A model generated the notes under the pieces. That model ran no database searches. It was not told where the DNA came from and worked only from the letters and a program-made list of their open reading frames with translations. Made by a program: the position numbers and the translations under genes. A stretch of 64,000 bases of DNA from contig DASRGZ010000096.1 in NCBI GenBank assembly GCA_035650735.1, positions 23,526 through 87,525 of the forward strand. Direction: 5' to 3'. The DNA is from Chthonomonadaceae bacterium. Its GTDB lineage: Bacteria; Armatimonadota; Chthonomonadetes; Chthonomonadales; Chthonomonadaceae. Positions 18,397 to 27,947 of this stretch are shown here, piece after piece (positions within the stretch are counted from its first letter, which is position 1; every line of letters begins with the position of its first letter).

Positions 18397-20526
18397 ATGC
18401 CCACCGGCCGCCAAGAACCAGCGCGTGTCCTTGCCCCACCAGTCAAAAATGGCGCTTTGAGCCTGGAGGATTCGCTTCAGTACCTCAAAGGCGTGGGGCC
18501 GCAGGCGGCGGCGCTGCTGGCGAAAATCGGCCTGGTCACCGTAGCCGATCTGCTGCGCCACATCCCCCGCCGCTGGGAGGATCGAACCAGGTTCCGGCGC
18601 GTGGCGGAGGTGCAGAGCGGGGAGCTCGTTACCGTCTGCGGGGTGGTGATCGCGGTCAATACGACCTACCCGAAGCCGCGCCTACAGATCACCAAAGCCC
18701 TTCTCGACGACACGGGCAGCGCGCTCACGCTCACCTGGTTCAATCAGCCCTACCTGGAGAAGACATTCAAGGGCCTGGCGGCGTCCCGCAGGCCGGTGGT
18801 CGTCTACGGGCAGGCCAGGCGCGTCGGCTGGTCGCTGGAGATACAGAACCCCGAATGGGAGGAACTGGGCGAGGACGGCGATACGCTCTCTACCAACCGC
18901 ATCGTGCCCGTCTACCCGGCTACCGAAGGCGTCCGCCAGGTACGGCTGCGGCGCATGGTGGACGCCGTGCTCCAGACCTACCTGCCGCTGGTGGAGGAGA
19001 CGCTGCCGCCGGAGGTGATCCTGCGTCACAGGCTGGTGGGCGCGCAGACGGCAGTGCGCAATATCCATTTCCCAGAGAGCTGGGAAGACCTACAGGCGGC
19101 GCGGCGGCGGCTGGTCTTTGAAGAGTTTTTTCTGCTGCAGACGCTCCTGGCGATCCGGCGGCGCGCTCACAGCCGCGATGTGCGCGGCATTCCCTTCGAA
19201 ATCTCACTGGATCGCCTGCGGGCCGATCTGGCCGAGATCGTGCCGTTTACCTTGACCGGGGCGCAGCAGCGGACCATCGCCGAGATCGCCGCCGATATGG
19301 GCAGCGGGCGCGTAATGAACCGCCTGCTCCAGGGCGACGTGGGCAGTGGCAAGACGATGGTGGCGCTGGCGGCGATGCTGATGGCCGTCGAGAACGGCTG
19401 CCAGGCGGCTCTGATGGCCCCCACCGAAATTCTGGCGCAGCAGCACGCCATCGTGCTGGGCCGCCTGCTCGAACCGCTCGGGCTGGCGGTGGAATTGGCG
19501 CTGGGCAGCCAGACGCAGAAGGAAAAGGCGAGCGTGCGCGACCGGCTTCTGAGCGGGCAGTCCCGGCTGGTCGTCGGCACGCACGCGCTGATCCAGGAGG
19601 GCCTGGAGTTCGCCCGGCTCGGTCTGGTCATCGTGGACGAGCAGCACCGGTTCGGCGTGCTCCAGCGGCAGGCCCTCCGCCAGAAGGGCGAGCGCCCGCA
19701 CGTCCTGGTGATGACGGCCACGCCCATCCCGCGCACCCTGACCCTGACCCTCTACGGCGACCTGGATGTCTCCGTGCTGGACGAACTGCCGCCGGGCCGC
19801 AAACCGATCACCACCCACTGGAAGACGCCGGATAAGCGCGCGCAGGTCTACGCCGCCGCGCAGCGCCTCTTGATGGAGGGCCGGCAGGTCTACGTTGTCT
19901 GCCCGCTGATCGAGGAGAGCGAGAAGCTCCAGGCCAAGAGCGCCACGCAATTGAGCGAGCACATCGCCAACGATGTCTTCCCGCAATACCGGGTGGGCCT
20001 GCTGCACGGCCAGATGAAGCCGGACGAGAAAGATGCGGTCATGGCCCGCTTCAAGGCTCACGAGCTGGACGTGCTGGTCTCCACCACGGTCATCGAGGTC
20101 GGCATTGACGTGCCCAACGCCTCGGTCATTGTCATCGAGGATGCGGACCGCTTCGGGCTGGCGCAACTGCATCAGTTGCGCGGGCGCGTCGGGCGCGGCC
20201 AGCACGCCTCGTTCTGCATCCTAATGGCCGATCCCAAGACTGAGGAGGGGCGGGCGCGCATGGAGGTAATGACGGCCACGACCGATGGCTTCAAGATCGC
20301 CGAAGAGGATCTGCGCCTGCGCGGACCCGGCGAGTTCTATGGCACCCGCCAGAGCGGTATGCCGGAACTCTACATCGCCGATATTATTCAGGATAGGGAG
20401 ATTTTGGCCGAGACGCGCGAGACCGCATTCCAGCTCGTCGAGGCCGACCCTAAGCTGTCCCGGCCCGAACATCAGCCGCTGCGCCGCGCGCTGGAACGGA
20501 TGCGGCACGGGTTGGAGTTGACCTAA
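18397..20526 (+). CDS. recG: ATP-dependent DNA helicase RecG
   Basis: Wedge domain followed by helicase motifs 'GDVGSGKT', 'DEQHRFG', 'MTATPIPRT' and 'QLRGRVGRG'. RBS AGGAG lies before the ATG at 18397. Confidence 0.9.
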   Translation: MPTGRQEPARVLAPPVKNGALSLEDSLQYLKGVGPQAAALLAKIGLVTVADLLRHIPRRWEDRTRFRRVAEVQSGELVTVCGVVIAVNTTYPKPRLQITKALLDDTGSALTLTWFNQPYLEKTFKGLAASRRPVVVYGQARRVGWSLEIQNPEWEELGEDGDTLSTNRIVPVYPATEGVRQVRLRRMVDAVLQTYLPLVEETLPPEVILRHRLVGAQTAVRNIHFPESWEDLQAARRRLVFEEFFLLQTLLAIRRRAHSRDVRGIPFEISLDRLRADLAEIVPFTLTGAQQRTIAEIAADMGSGRVMNRLLQGDVGSGKTMVALAAMLMAVENGCQAALMAPTEILAQQHAIVLGRLLEPLGLAVELALGSQTQKEKASVRDRLLSGQSRLVVGTHALIQEGLEFARLGLVIVDEQHRFGVLQRQALRQKGERPHVLVMTATPIPRTLTLTLYGDLDVSVLDELPPGRKPITTHWKTPDKRAQVYAAAQRLLMEGRQVYVVCPLIEESEKLQAKSATQLSEHIANDVFPQYRVGLLHGQMKPDEKDAVMARFKAHELDVLVSTTVIEVGIDVPNASVIVIEDADRFGLAQLHQLRGRVGRGQHASFCILMADPKTEEGRARMEVMTATTDGFKIAEEDLRLRGPGEFYGTRQSGMPELYIADIIQDREILAETRETAFQLVEADPKLSRPEHQPLRRALERMRHGLELT

Positions 20527-20823
20527 CCCCCCGGCCCCCTTCCCTAATACGTTCGCTACCGCTCACAGGGGTGGGGGTGACCCGGCTTCTCCTCTATCCT
20601 AGAATTGAGGAGGGGTAGCGGGGAAGGGGAGAACCCGGCTTCTGCTCTCCCTTCTCCCTTGCAGGGAGAAGGGACGGGATGAGGGGAGAACCCGGTTCCC
20701 GCTCCCCTCTTCTTGTGAAGGAGAGGGGTCGGGGTGAGGTCTATTGAGGGTGAGGGCCGCAACCATCTCAAGCCGGGTCCCTCCCTTCCCTACAAGGGAA
20801 GGGGGCCGGGGGGTTAGGTAAAA
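20527..20823. repeat. Tandem array of ~55-bp GC-rich hairpin repeats
   Basis: Repeated units GGAGAACCCGG(C)TTC.GCTC + hairpin (CCCTTCTCCC TTGCA GGGAGAAGGG; CCCCTCTTC TTGTGAA GGAGAGGGG). Shares ACGTTCGCTAC(C)GCTCACAGGG...GGGTGACCCGGCTTCTCCTC with 53722-53775. Confidence 0.5.
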
Positions 20824-20824
20824 C

Positions 20825-21328
20825 ATGGCACGCGCGCTAGTGCCGGGCAGCTTCGACCCGGTGACAAACGGACACCTGGACATCATCGAGCGGGCGGCGG
20901 CGATGTTTGAGGGGGTGATCGTGGCCGTGGCCCGTAACCCGGCCAAGACGCCCCTCTTTAGCGTCGAAGAGCGGCTGGAGATGCTCCGGGAGGTGTGCGC
21001 CCCGCTGCCCAATGTCCGGGTAGACGCCTTCGAGGGACTGCTGATCCAGTATGCCCTGGAGCAGGACGCTACGGTGATCGTCAAGGGGCTGCGAGCCGTC
21101 TCAGATTTTGAGTACGAGCTTCAGATGGCGCTGATGAATCGGCGCCTGAGCAGCGCTGTAGAAACCGTCTTCATGATGACTGGGGCGGAATACTCCTACC
21201 TCAGTTCCAGTATCGTCAAAGAGATCGCCCGCCTCGGCGGATCGGTAAAAGGACTGGTGCCAGACAGTGTTGGACAACGCCTACGACAACGACTCGGAAG
21301 TTCGGAGATCGGAAAAAGTGAACTCTGA
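20825..21328 (+). CDS. coaD: Pantetheine-phosphate adenylyltransferase
   Basis: 'GSFDPVTNGHLDIIERA' signature (T/H-x-G-H nucleotidyltransferase motif). Confidence 0.9.
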   Translation: MARALVPGSFDPVTNGHLDIIERAAAMFEGVIVAVARNPAKTPLFSVEERLEMLREVCAPLPNVRVDAFEGLLIQYALEQDATVIVKGLRAVSDFEYELQMALMNRRLSSAVETVFMMTGAEYSYLSSSIVKEIARLGGSVKGLVPDSVGQRLRQRLGSSEIGKSEL

Positions 21329-22028
21329 GACCACCGATAAAGATACGCACGCGCCGCCGCCTGCCGCTTTCGCGGCGGTAGATGCCCCCCGCTTCGTCGC
21401 GCCCACCCATAGCGGTGTGGATATCCTCAAGCTGCTCAGCGAGCTTGAAGACCTAGTGGAGAACACGCGGCGCGGCCCGGCAGGCATCCTGTTCCGCTTC
21501 GACGATGAGAAATTCCATTATCTTGTCATGAAGATACGGGCCAATCTGCCCGAAGAGATGAAACGGGCCTCGAAACTCGCACGAGACTCCGAACGTATCG
21601 TAGAAGAGTCCCGCGGGAGCGCCGAGCGCATCCTGATCGAGGCTCATGAGGCGGCGCTGTCCGAGTTGGAGAGCGCCAAAGCGGAGGCGGAGCGGCTGCT
21701 TGAAGGGGCCGACCTGGAGGCCAGGGGCCGGCTCGAGGAGGCCCAGCGCGAAGCCCGGCATCTTCAGGAGGCGGCTCGCCAGGCTGCCGAGGAGGTCCTT
21801 GCCGCCGCCCGCGCGCAGGCCGCACAGTTGGTGGCCGATAGCCAGATCGTCCAGCAGGCGCAGGTGATGGCTCAGGATTTGCAGGCGCGCACCCACCAGG
21901 AGGCGATGGCGGTGCGGCAGGGCGCGGATGACTATGCCCGCGACGTGCTGGCCAATCTCGAAGCCGTCCTCGGCAAAGCCATGACCCAGATCCAGCGCGG
22001 ACGCGACATGCTAGAACGACCCCATTGA
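21318..22028 (+). CDS. Hypothetical coiled-coil protein
   Basis: Ala/Glu/Arg-rich heptad-like sequence. GTG at 21318 gives an 11-nt overlap with coaD; the ATG at 21267 would overlap by 62 nt. Confidence 0.45.
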   Translation: MNSETTDKDTHAPPPAAFAAVDAPRFVAPTHSGVDILKLLSELEDLVENTRRGPAGILFRFDDEKFHYLVMKIRANLPEEMKRASKLARDSERIVEESRGSAERILIEAHEAALSELESAKAEAERLLEGADLEARGRLEEAQREARHLQEAARQAAEEVLAAARAQAAQLVADSQIVQQAQVMAQDLQARTHQEAMAVRQGADDYARDVLANLEAVLGKAMTQIQRGRDMLERPH

Positions 22029-22058
22029 GAAGGAGTGGGGAACAGGGAGCGGGTATTT

Positions 22059-22103
22059 CCCCACGCACGTGGGGGGTGAACCGCACGCGCGCGGCTTTTT
22101 CCC
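22059..22103 (+). terminator. Putative terminator after the coaD/coiled-coil pair
   Basis: Hairpins CCCCAC-GCAC-GTGGGG and CCGC-ACGCGC-GCGG, followed by TTTTT. Confidence 0.35.
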
Positions 22104-22154
22104 TGCCTGCTGCTTGCTGCTTGCTCCCTGACTCCCCACTTTTAGGGTGCGACC

Positions 22155-22733
22155 ATGCGTCTGGATATTTCTGAACTACTGCAAGAGGTCGGCAAGCAGG
22201 TGCCCTACGACATCCAGGAGCCGCCGCTCGTGGATGAGGACGTCGAATGCACCAAGCCGATTGAAGGCCGCATTACCTTTACCAATACCGGCGGCACGCT
22301 GCTGATACGCGGTCGGGCGACCACGGCCGTTGCGCTGCCTTGCAGCCGCTGCAGCCTCTATTTTGAGTGGCCTGTCGCGCTGGATATCGAGGAGCAGTTC
22401 GAGCTGCTCCACACGACCGGGCCGCGCACGCCCCAGACGGTAACGGTCGTGGAAGAAGATCAAAGCCCAATTGCGGGTAAACTATTCGACGGCCACGTTT
22501 TTAATTTAACCGAAATGCTCCGCCAGTATATTCTGCTGGAGGAGCCGACCCAGCCGCTGCCACCCCTGCGCAACGACGGGCGCTGTGAGCAGTGCCACCT
22601 GTTTCCAGAGGAGGTCTTGCGGCGAGCCACCGGGGAAGCCGAGACGGAGGAAGCGCCGATCAACCCGGCCTTTGCCAGACTCGGCCAACTGTTGAAACGC
22701 ACCGAAGGGGAAACAGGCAACGGGGAGGTCTAA
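22155..22733 (+). CDS. yceD: YceD/DUF177 family protein (23S rRNA accumulation protein)
   Basis: Conserved C-terminal 'CxxC' (RNDGRCEQCH). Sits immediately upstream of rpmF-plsX, as in many bacteria. Confidence 0.8.
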   Translation: MRLDISELLQEVGKQVPYDIQEPPLVDEDVECTKPIEGRITFTNTGGTLLIRGRATTAVALPCSRCSLYFEWPVALDIEEQFELLHTTGPRTPQTVTVVEEDQSPIAGKLFDGHVFNLTEMLRQYILLEEPTQPLPPLRNDGRCEQCHLFPEEVLRRATGEAETEEAPINPAFARLGQLLKRTEGETGNGEV

Positions 22734-22789
22734 CCCCCGCAGCCCTGGTTCCTCTCTTTTAGAAAGCAATCGCCGGGGGTTGAAAACCC

Positions 22790-22915
22790 CCGTCTCTAGG
22801 GCCTAACGGCCAACCATCCTACCGGACGGAACAACAAAGGGGAAGCAGGCGTCCGAAGGACGCTTGGCGGCGCAGCCGCCCCATAGCCGGGTACTTTCCG
22901 TGCCCGGCAAAGCTG
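22790..22915 (+). repeat. Partial copy of the 52455-52672 element (or a conserved structured RNA) upstream of rpmF
   Basis: Shares blocks ACCCGTCTCTAGG, CCAACC.TCCT.C.GGACGG, GGCGTCCG..AGGACGCTTGGC.GC, ATAG.CGGGTA.TT and TGCCCGGC with 52485-52650. The hairpin stem is preserved while the loop differs. Confidence 0.4.
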
Positions 22916-22946
22916 GATACGTAACGTAAGTTAGAAAGGTATCATC

Positions 22947-23153
22947 ATGCCCTTACCGAAACGGCGTCATTCCAACCAGCGCACGCGCAAGCGGCGCACG
23001 CACTATAAACTGGCCCATCATCCCGCGATGGTGCCCAGCTTCGAGAAACCCGGCGAGTATACTCTGATGCATCATGTGGACCCGGCAACCGGCCGCTACA
23101 AGGGACGCCAGGTGTTTGAGGTCGAGGACAATACGCAGCAGGGGCATTCGTGA
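22947..23153 (+). CDS. rpmF: 50S ribosomal protein L32
   Basis: N-terminal 'PLPKRRHSNQRTRKRRTHYKL' matches the L32 signature. Position is before plsX. Confidence 0.8.
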   Translation: MPLPKRRHSNQRTRKRRTHYKLAHHPAMVPSFEKPGEYTLMHHVDPATGRYKGRQVFEVEDNTQQGHS

Positions 23154-23188
23154 TTCCTGGCTGCCGGGAGGATGAGGCATAAGAGGCG

Positions 23189-24214
23189 ATGCGGATTGCA
23201 GTAGATGCCATGGGAGGCGACAGGGGGCCGGAAGAGGTCGTGCGCGGCGTCGTGGCTGCGGCGCACGGCAGCGACACCCATTTCTCGCTGGTGGGCGACC
23301 CGGCGATCCTGGAATCCGCGCTCGCCCATGTCCGTCCCCGACCAGACAACGTCGAGATCATGGCCGCGACGGAGGTCATCGGAATGGGCGAGCAGCCGAC
23401 GGTAGCTTTCAAGCGCAAGCCCAACGCCTCAATGGTCGTGGCGGCACGCATGGTCAAGGAGAAGCAGGCGGATGCGCTCGTCTCCATCGGCAACACCGGG
23501 GCGGTGATGGCCGTCTCCCTGCTGACCCTGGGCCGCATCAAGGGCATTGATCGCCCGGCGATTGCCGCCCTGCTGCCCTCGCTTTCGGGCACGGTGGTGC
23601 TGCTGGATGCCGGGGCGACCGTGGATTGCGATCCGAACAACCTGTTCGAGTTCGCCATTATGGGCGGCGTTTTCGCGCAGACGGTGGTGGGAGTGGACAG
23701 GCCGCGCGTGGGCCTGCTCTCGAACGGCGAGGAGTCCAACAAGGGCAATGAGCTGGTCAAGCGCACGCACCTGCTGCTCCACCAGACGATGAACGACGCC
23801 GGCCCATGTACGTTTATCGGCAACGTGGAGGGGCGCGATATCTTTCGGGGCGGCGTGGATGTCGTCGTCTGCGACGGGTTTATCGGCAATGTGGTTCTCA
23901 AGACCGGCGAGGGCGTGGCGGAGATGGTGCTGCGCCTGATCAAGGAGGAATTGAGCCGCCACATCTGGATGAAGCCCTTTGTCGCGCCTCTGATGCCCGC
24001 GCTGCGCCGCCTGCATCGGCGGATTGACTACGCGGAGCGCGGCGGCGCCCCGCTGCTGGGGGTCAACGGCATCTGCATCATCGGGCACGGCCGTTCCGAT
24101 GCCTATGCCATTACCAACGCCTGCCGTGCCGCCGAACGCGCCATCCAGCACAATATCATCGAGACGATTCGCCAGCGCGTCTGCGATATGCCGACGCCGC
24201 CTCCGCCCTTATAA
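23189..24214 (+). CDS. plsX: Phosphate acyltransferase PlsX
   Basis: 'MRIAVDAMGGDRGPEEVV' and full-length PlsX architecture. Confidence 0.9.
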   Translation: MRIAVDAMGGDRGPEEVVRGVVAAAHGSDTHFSLVGDPAILESALAHVRPRPDNVEIMAATEVIGMGEQPTVAFKRKPNASMVVAARMVKEKQADALVSIGNTGAVMAVSLLTLGRIKGIDRPAIAALLPSLSGTVVLLDAGATVDCDPNNLFEFAIMGGVFAQTVVGVDRPRVGLLSNGEESNKGNELVKRTHLLLHQTMNDAGPCTFIGNVEGRDIFRGGVDVVVCDGFIGNVVLKTGEGVAEMVLRLIKEELSRHIWMKPFVAPLMPALRRLHRRIDYAERGGAPLLGVNGICIIGHGRSDAYAITNACRAAERAIQHNIIETIRQRVCDMPTPPPPL

Positions 24215-24228
24215 GGAAGTTGAACTGA

Positions 24229-25284
24229 ATGGCCTCCAAACCGACGCCGCTTTCCGCCAAAGAGGAGAGCGCCTATGCCAGCCCGGTAAGCAGCGTCCTC
24301 CATGCCGGGATTTTTGGCCTGGGAATGTGCATTCCCGAACGGGTCCTCACCAACGACGAACTCTCTCAGAGCGTAGAGACCAGCGATGAATGGATCACGG
24401 CGCGCACCGGCATCCGTGAGCGGCGGGTCACCGATGCAGAGAGTGCCACTTCGGACCTGGCGGTTGTCGCCGCCGAGCGCGCGCTGGCAGATGCAGGCAT
24501 GGACGCCGGCGGCCTCGACCTCATCCTCTGCGCCACGACCTCCGGGGATTATATCTGGCCTGCCACCGCCTGCGTCATCCAGGATCGTATCGGCGCCAGG
24601 CGCGCGGCGGCCTTTGATCTGAGCGCAGCCTGCTCCGGGTTCTGCTATGCGCTGGCGACGGCAGATGGGTTTATCCGCAGCGGGGCCATGCAGCGTATCC
24701 TGGTCATCGGCGCGGATACGCTCTCCAAGCAGCTTGACTGGCAGGACCGCGCGACCTGTATTCTGTTTGGCGACGGCGCGGGCGCGGCAGTCCTGGCTCC
24801 CTGCGCGCCCGGCGAAGGTATTCTGGCTTCCTCGCTCGGTGCGGACGGCAGCGGGGTCGAGGCGGTCTGGATACCGGGCGGGGGCACGCGCGCTCCTCTC
24901 ACGCCGGAGACGCTGGAACAGAAGGCCAACTGCATTCGGATGAAGGGCAAGGAGGTCTATCGCTTCGCCGTTGAGGTCGTGCCGCAAGTGGTCACGGAGG
25001 CGCTCAAGCGCGCCTGCCTGCGCCCCTGCGATGTTAGCCTCCTCATCATGCACCAGGCCAATATCCGCATTATCCAGGCGGCGGCGGAACGCCTGGGCCT
25101 TCCGAACGAAAAGGTCTTTGTCAACGTAGACCGCTACGGAAATACCTCCGCCGCGTCCGTGCCCATCGCGCTGGCCGAAGCCGCGCAGCAGGGACGCCTG
25201 CGGTATGGCGATATCGTCGTGACGGTCGGGTTCGGCGCGGGCCTGACCTGGGGCGCCAACGTCATCCGCTGGAACAGAAGATAA
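24229..25284 (+). CDS. fabH: 3-oxoacyl-ACP synthase III
   Basis: Active-site Cys context 'AACSGFCYAL' and C-terminal His/Asn blocks. Gene order plsX-fabH-fabD-fabG-acpP-fabF. Confidence 0.9.
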   Translation: MASKPTPLSAKEESAYASPVSSVLHAGIFGLGMCIPERVLTNDELSQSVETSDEWITARTGIRERRVTDAESATSDLAVVAAERALADAGMDAGGLDLILCATTSGDYIWPATACVIQDRIGARRAAAFDLSAACSGFCYALATADGFIRSGAMQRILVIGADTLSKQLDWQDRATCILFGDGAGAAVLAPCAPGEGILASSLGADGSGVEAVWIPGGGTRAPLTPETLEQKANCIRMKGKEVYRFAVEVVPQVVTEALKRACLRPCDVSLLIMHQANIRIIQAAAERLGLPNEKVFVNVDRYGNTSAASVPIALAEAAQQGRLRYGDIVVTVGFGAGLTWGANVIRWNRR

Positions 25285-25304
25285 GCATCCAGAAAATGAT
25301 AACC

Positions 25305-25390
25305 GGGTAATCCCTCCCAATGGTGTTGACGTATCTCCTCAGCAGCAGGCTGCGTGAGATTGATCCACACGGCTGGGAGTGTCTACCTGA
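25305..25390 (+). mobile_element. MITE-like repeat family 1, copy C, flanked by direct repeat TGATAACCG
   Basis: GGTAATCCCTCCCAATGGTGTTGACGTATCTCCTCAGCAGCAGGCTGCGTGAGATTGATCCACACGGCTGGGAGTGTCTAC, with 9-bp flanking duplications. Confidence 0.6.
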
Positions 25391-25621
25391 TAACCGTTAC
25401 TCTCAAAACAATGCCCTACCGGGCGACCGCAGATCTGGATAAGCATCCAGAAAATGATAACCGTTACCTTTCCGGGAGTGGGCATCATAGGCGTACCCTG
25501 GTATATACTGGCCCTGGCCCTGTTGTTGCTGTTGAGCGGGATCGGGGCGATTGCATGGCTCCTTCGCGCCGTGCGCGGCTAGCTGCCTGTCGGCGGTAAG
25601 CATTGAGGAAGTGAGCGGGAA

Positions 25622-26584
25622 ATGGGCAAAGTAGCGTTTCTGTTTCCGGGGCAGGGCTCGCAGAAGGTCGGCATGGGGTATGAATTTTACGAAAACTATC
25701 CCCACGCCCGTGCCGTCTTTGAGAGGGCCAACCTGATCCTCGGCTTTGATCTGGCCAAGCTCTGCTTCGAGGGGCCGGAAGAGACGCTGCGGGAAACGGA
25801 GAATGCGCAGCCAGCCCTCTTCACCACGAGCGTGGCGGCCTGGAACTGCCTGGAGGCGCTCTGCTCGTGCAGGCCAGATGCGGTCGCCGGGCACAGCGTG
25901 GGGGAGTACGCCGCGCTAGTGGCGGCGGGATCGCTGGATTTCGAGGACGGCCTGCGGCTGGTGCGCACGCGCGGCGAGCTGATGCGCGACGCCGCCCAGA
26001 AGAGGCCGGGAACGATGGCGGCGGTCCTGGGGCTGGACGCAGAGACCGCGCGCCAGGTATGCGAGGAGGCGCGGGCTGCTGGCGCCGGGCTGGTTGTCAT
26101 CGCCAACTACAATGGCGGCGGGCAGATCGTGCTCTCCGGCGAAACGGCCGCTGTGGAGAAGGCCAGCGAGATCGCCAAAGCAAAAGGAGCGAAGCGCGTG
26201 ATCCGGCTGCCGGTCTCTGGCGCATTTCATTCGCCCTTGATGGTAACAGCAGGCGACGCGCTCTATCAGCCGCTTTCCAAAACCGCTTTCCGTAAGCCGC
26301 AAGTCCCGGTCGTCTCCAATGTCACCGCCCGCTATATCGAAATGCCCGATGATGTGGTCGGCGGGCTGACCCGGCAGGTGAGCAGCAGCGTGCGCTGGGA
26401 AGAATCCATGCGCTTTTTGCTGGATCAGGGCTTCGATACGTTCATCGAGCTGGGCAGCGGCGACGTGCTCTCCGGGCTGATGAAGCGCATGGATAAATCG
26501 GCGCGAACCATCAGCGTGCAGGATAACGAGTCGCTGCTGGCCGCCGACCGGCTGCTCCGCGCAGAGACAGAGAACAATCTCTAA
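25622..26584 (+). CDS. fabD: Malonyl-CoA:ACP transacylase
   Basis: 'FLFPGQGSQ' and active-site 'GHSVGEY'. Confidence 0.9.
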   Translation: MGKVAFLFPGQGSQKVGMGYEFYENYPHARAVFERANLILGFDLAKLCFEGPEETLRETENAQPALFTTSVAAWNCLEALCSCRPDAVAGHSVGEYAALVAAGSLDFEDGLRLVRTRGELMRDAAQKRPGTMAAVLGLDAETARQVCEEARAAGAGLVVIANYNGGGQIVLSGETAAVEKASEIAKAKGAKRVIRLPVSGAFHSPLMVTAGDALYQPLSKTAFRKPQVPVVSNVTARYIEMPDDVVGGLTRQVSSSVRWEESMRFLLDQGFDTFIELGSGDVLSGLMKRMDKSARTISVQDNESLLAADRLLRAETENNL

Positions 26585-26589
26585 AGAAC

Positions 26590-26731
26590 CTTCCAACAGG
26601 ATTTTGCAGGATTTGCAGGATTAAGACCAAAGACTAAAGCCTTCCCGTCCACTAAGTTAAGAGACATAGGAACTTGGTTGGGTAGGTAGGTTTTAGAAAT
26701 CCTGTTTAATCCTGCATAATCCTGTTGGAAT
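26590..26731. mobile_element. Repeat family 3 element (~140 bp) with 11-bp perfect terminal inverted repeats CCAACAGGATT/AATCCTGTTGG and tandem (AGGATTWR) 8-9-mer arms
   Basis: 'caggattttgcaggatttgcaggattaag' ... 'aatcctgtttaatcctgcataatcctgttgg'. Related arms occur at 5640-5680, 17873-17913 and 18141-18178. Confidence 0.5.
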
Positions 26732-26774
26732 CTTTCGTAGCGGGTGGTGGATTCGTCTGGAAAGGAACGGGTGT

Positions 26775-27518
26775 TTGAAGCTTCAGGATAAGGTGGCCAT
26801 CGTAACCGGAGGCGGGCGCGGCATCGGGCGGGCGGTAGCGGTGGCGCTGGCGCAAGAGGGCGCAAAAGTGGTGGTCAACTACAGCCGCAGCGCCGACGCC
26901 GCCGAGCAGACGGTCGCCGAGATCGAAACGGCGGGCGGCGTGGCGATGGCGATACAGGCCGACGTCGCCTGCGCCGAGGCGGTGAATGGTCTGGTCAAGC
27001 GCGCGGTGGAAACGTTCGGTCGGGTGGATATTCTGATCAACAACGCAGGGATCCTCCGCGACAAGCTGCTGCTGCGCATGACCGAAGAGGATTGGGACGC
27101 CGTGCTGGATACCAACCTCAAAGGCGCGTTCCTGTGCGCCAAGGCGGTCGCGTCCGGCATGGTCAAGCAGAAGGGTGGGGTCATTATCAACGTCGGCTCG
27201 GTTATCGGTAAGGTGGGCGGGGCCGGCCAAGTCAACTACAGCGCCTCCAAAGCCGGTCTGATCGGCCTGACCAAATCGCTGGCCAAAGAGCTTGGCTCCC
27301 GCAACGTGCGCGTCAACGCCGTCGCGCCGGGCTTCATCGAGACCGAGATGACCGAGGTGCTCAAGCCGGAGTATCGGGAGGCCGTGCTGAAGCAGATCCC
27401 CCTGGGCCGTTTTGGGGCGGCGGAGGACGTGGCGCGCGTGGTCGTGTTCCTCTGTTCCGGGGATGCCGCCTATATTCAGGGTGAAGTGATCTCCATTGAC
27501 GGCGGGCTGTTCATGTAG
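26775..27518 (+). CDS. fabG: 3-oxoacyl-ACP reductase
   Basis: 'VAIVTGGGRGIGRA' NAD(P)-binding motif. SDR catalytic 'YSASKAG'. Confidence 0.9.
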   Translation: MKLQDKVAIVTGGGRGIGRAVAVALAQEGAKVVVNYSRSADAAEQTVAEIETAGGVAMAIQADVACAEAVNGLVKRAVETFGRVDILINNAGILRDKLLLRMTEEDWDAVLDTNLKGAFLCAKAVASGMVKQKGGVIINVGSVIGKVGGAGQVNYSASKAGLIGLTKSLAKELGSRNVRVNAVAPGFIETEMTEVLKPEYREAVLKQIPLGRFGAAEDVARVVVFLCSGDAAYIQGEVISIDGGLFM

Positions 27519-27645
27519 GCCGTAGAGTCTGCCGCGCGGTGCGAATCCTGTTTCTACCCCTTTTCTCTCGCTCTCGCCATCGGACCAGAAGCTGCTGGGC
27601 GGTCGGGAGGGAGGCGAACACTGAAATTATAAGGAGAGATGGTGA

Positions 27646-27882
27646 ATGAATACGTTTGAGCGCGTCAAGAAGGTACTGGTCGAGCAGCTGGATGTCAGCG
27701 AGGATGAGGTGACTCCACAGGCCTCTATCGTAGATGATCTGGGGGCCGACTCGCTGGATGTGGTCGAGATCGTCATGGCGCTGGAAGAGGAGTTCGACGT
27801 GGAGGTTCCCGATGAGGACGCTGAGCAGCTTACCACCGTCCAGAAGATCGTAGACTACATTGACGAGAAGGCCAAGGGGTAA
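27646..27882 (+). CDS. acpP: Acyl carrier protein
   Basis: Phosphopantetheine site 'LGADSLD'. Confidence 0.9.
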   Translation: MNTFERVKKVLVEQLDVSEDEVTPQASIVDDLGADSLDVVEIVMALEEEFDVEVPDEDAEQLTTVQKIVDYIDEKAKG

Positions 27883-27947
27883 GACAGCGGGCACACGTCC
27901 ATTGGGTTGCGACAGATGTCGCCTGAAATGGCAGAAACCGCCGCTGT

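Noticed and set aside
18381-19121. 246-aa plus ORF in alternative frame within recG
   Set aside because: Pro/Gly/Arg-rich low complexity. The recG frame has all helicase motifs.
22790-22915. Possible SRP RNA / known ncRNA upstream of rpmF
   Set aside because: No match to the SRP domain-IV consensus (GGAAGCAGCC), nor to RNase P, tmRNA or 6S landmarks. It is better explained as a partial copy of the 52455-52672 element, kept as a finding at low confidence.
27915-27935. Hairpin GCGACA-GA-TGTCGC after acpP as a terminator
   Set aside because: The loop is too short and there is no downstream U-tract. fabF follows within 60 nt and is probably co-transcribed.
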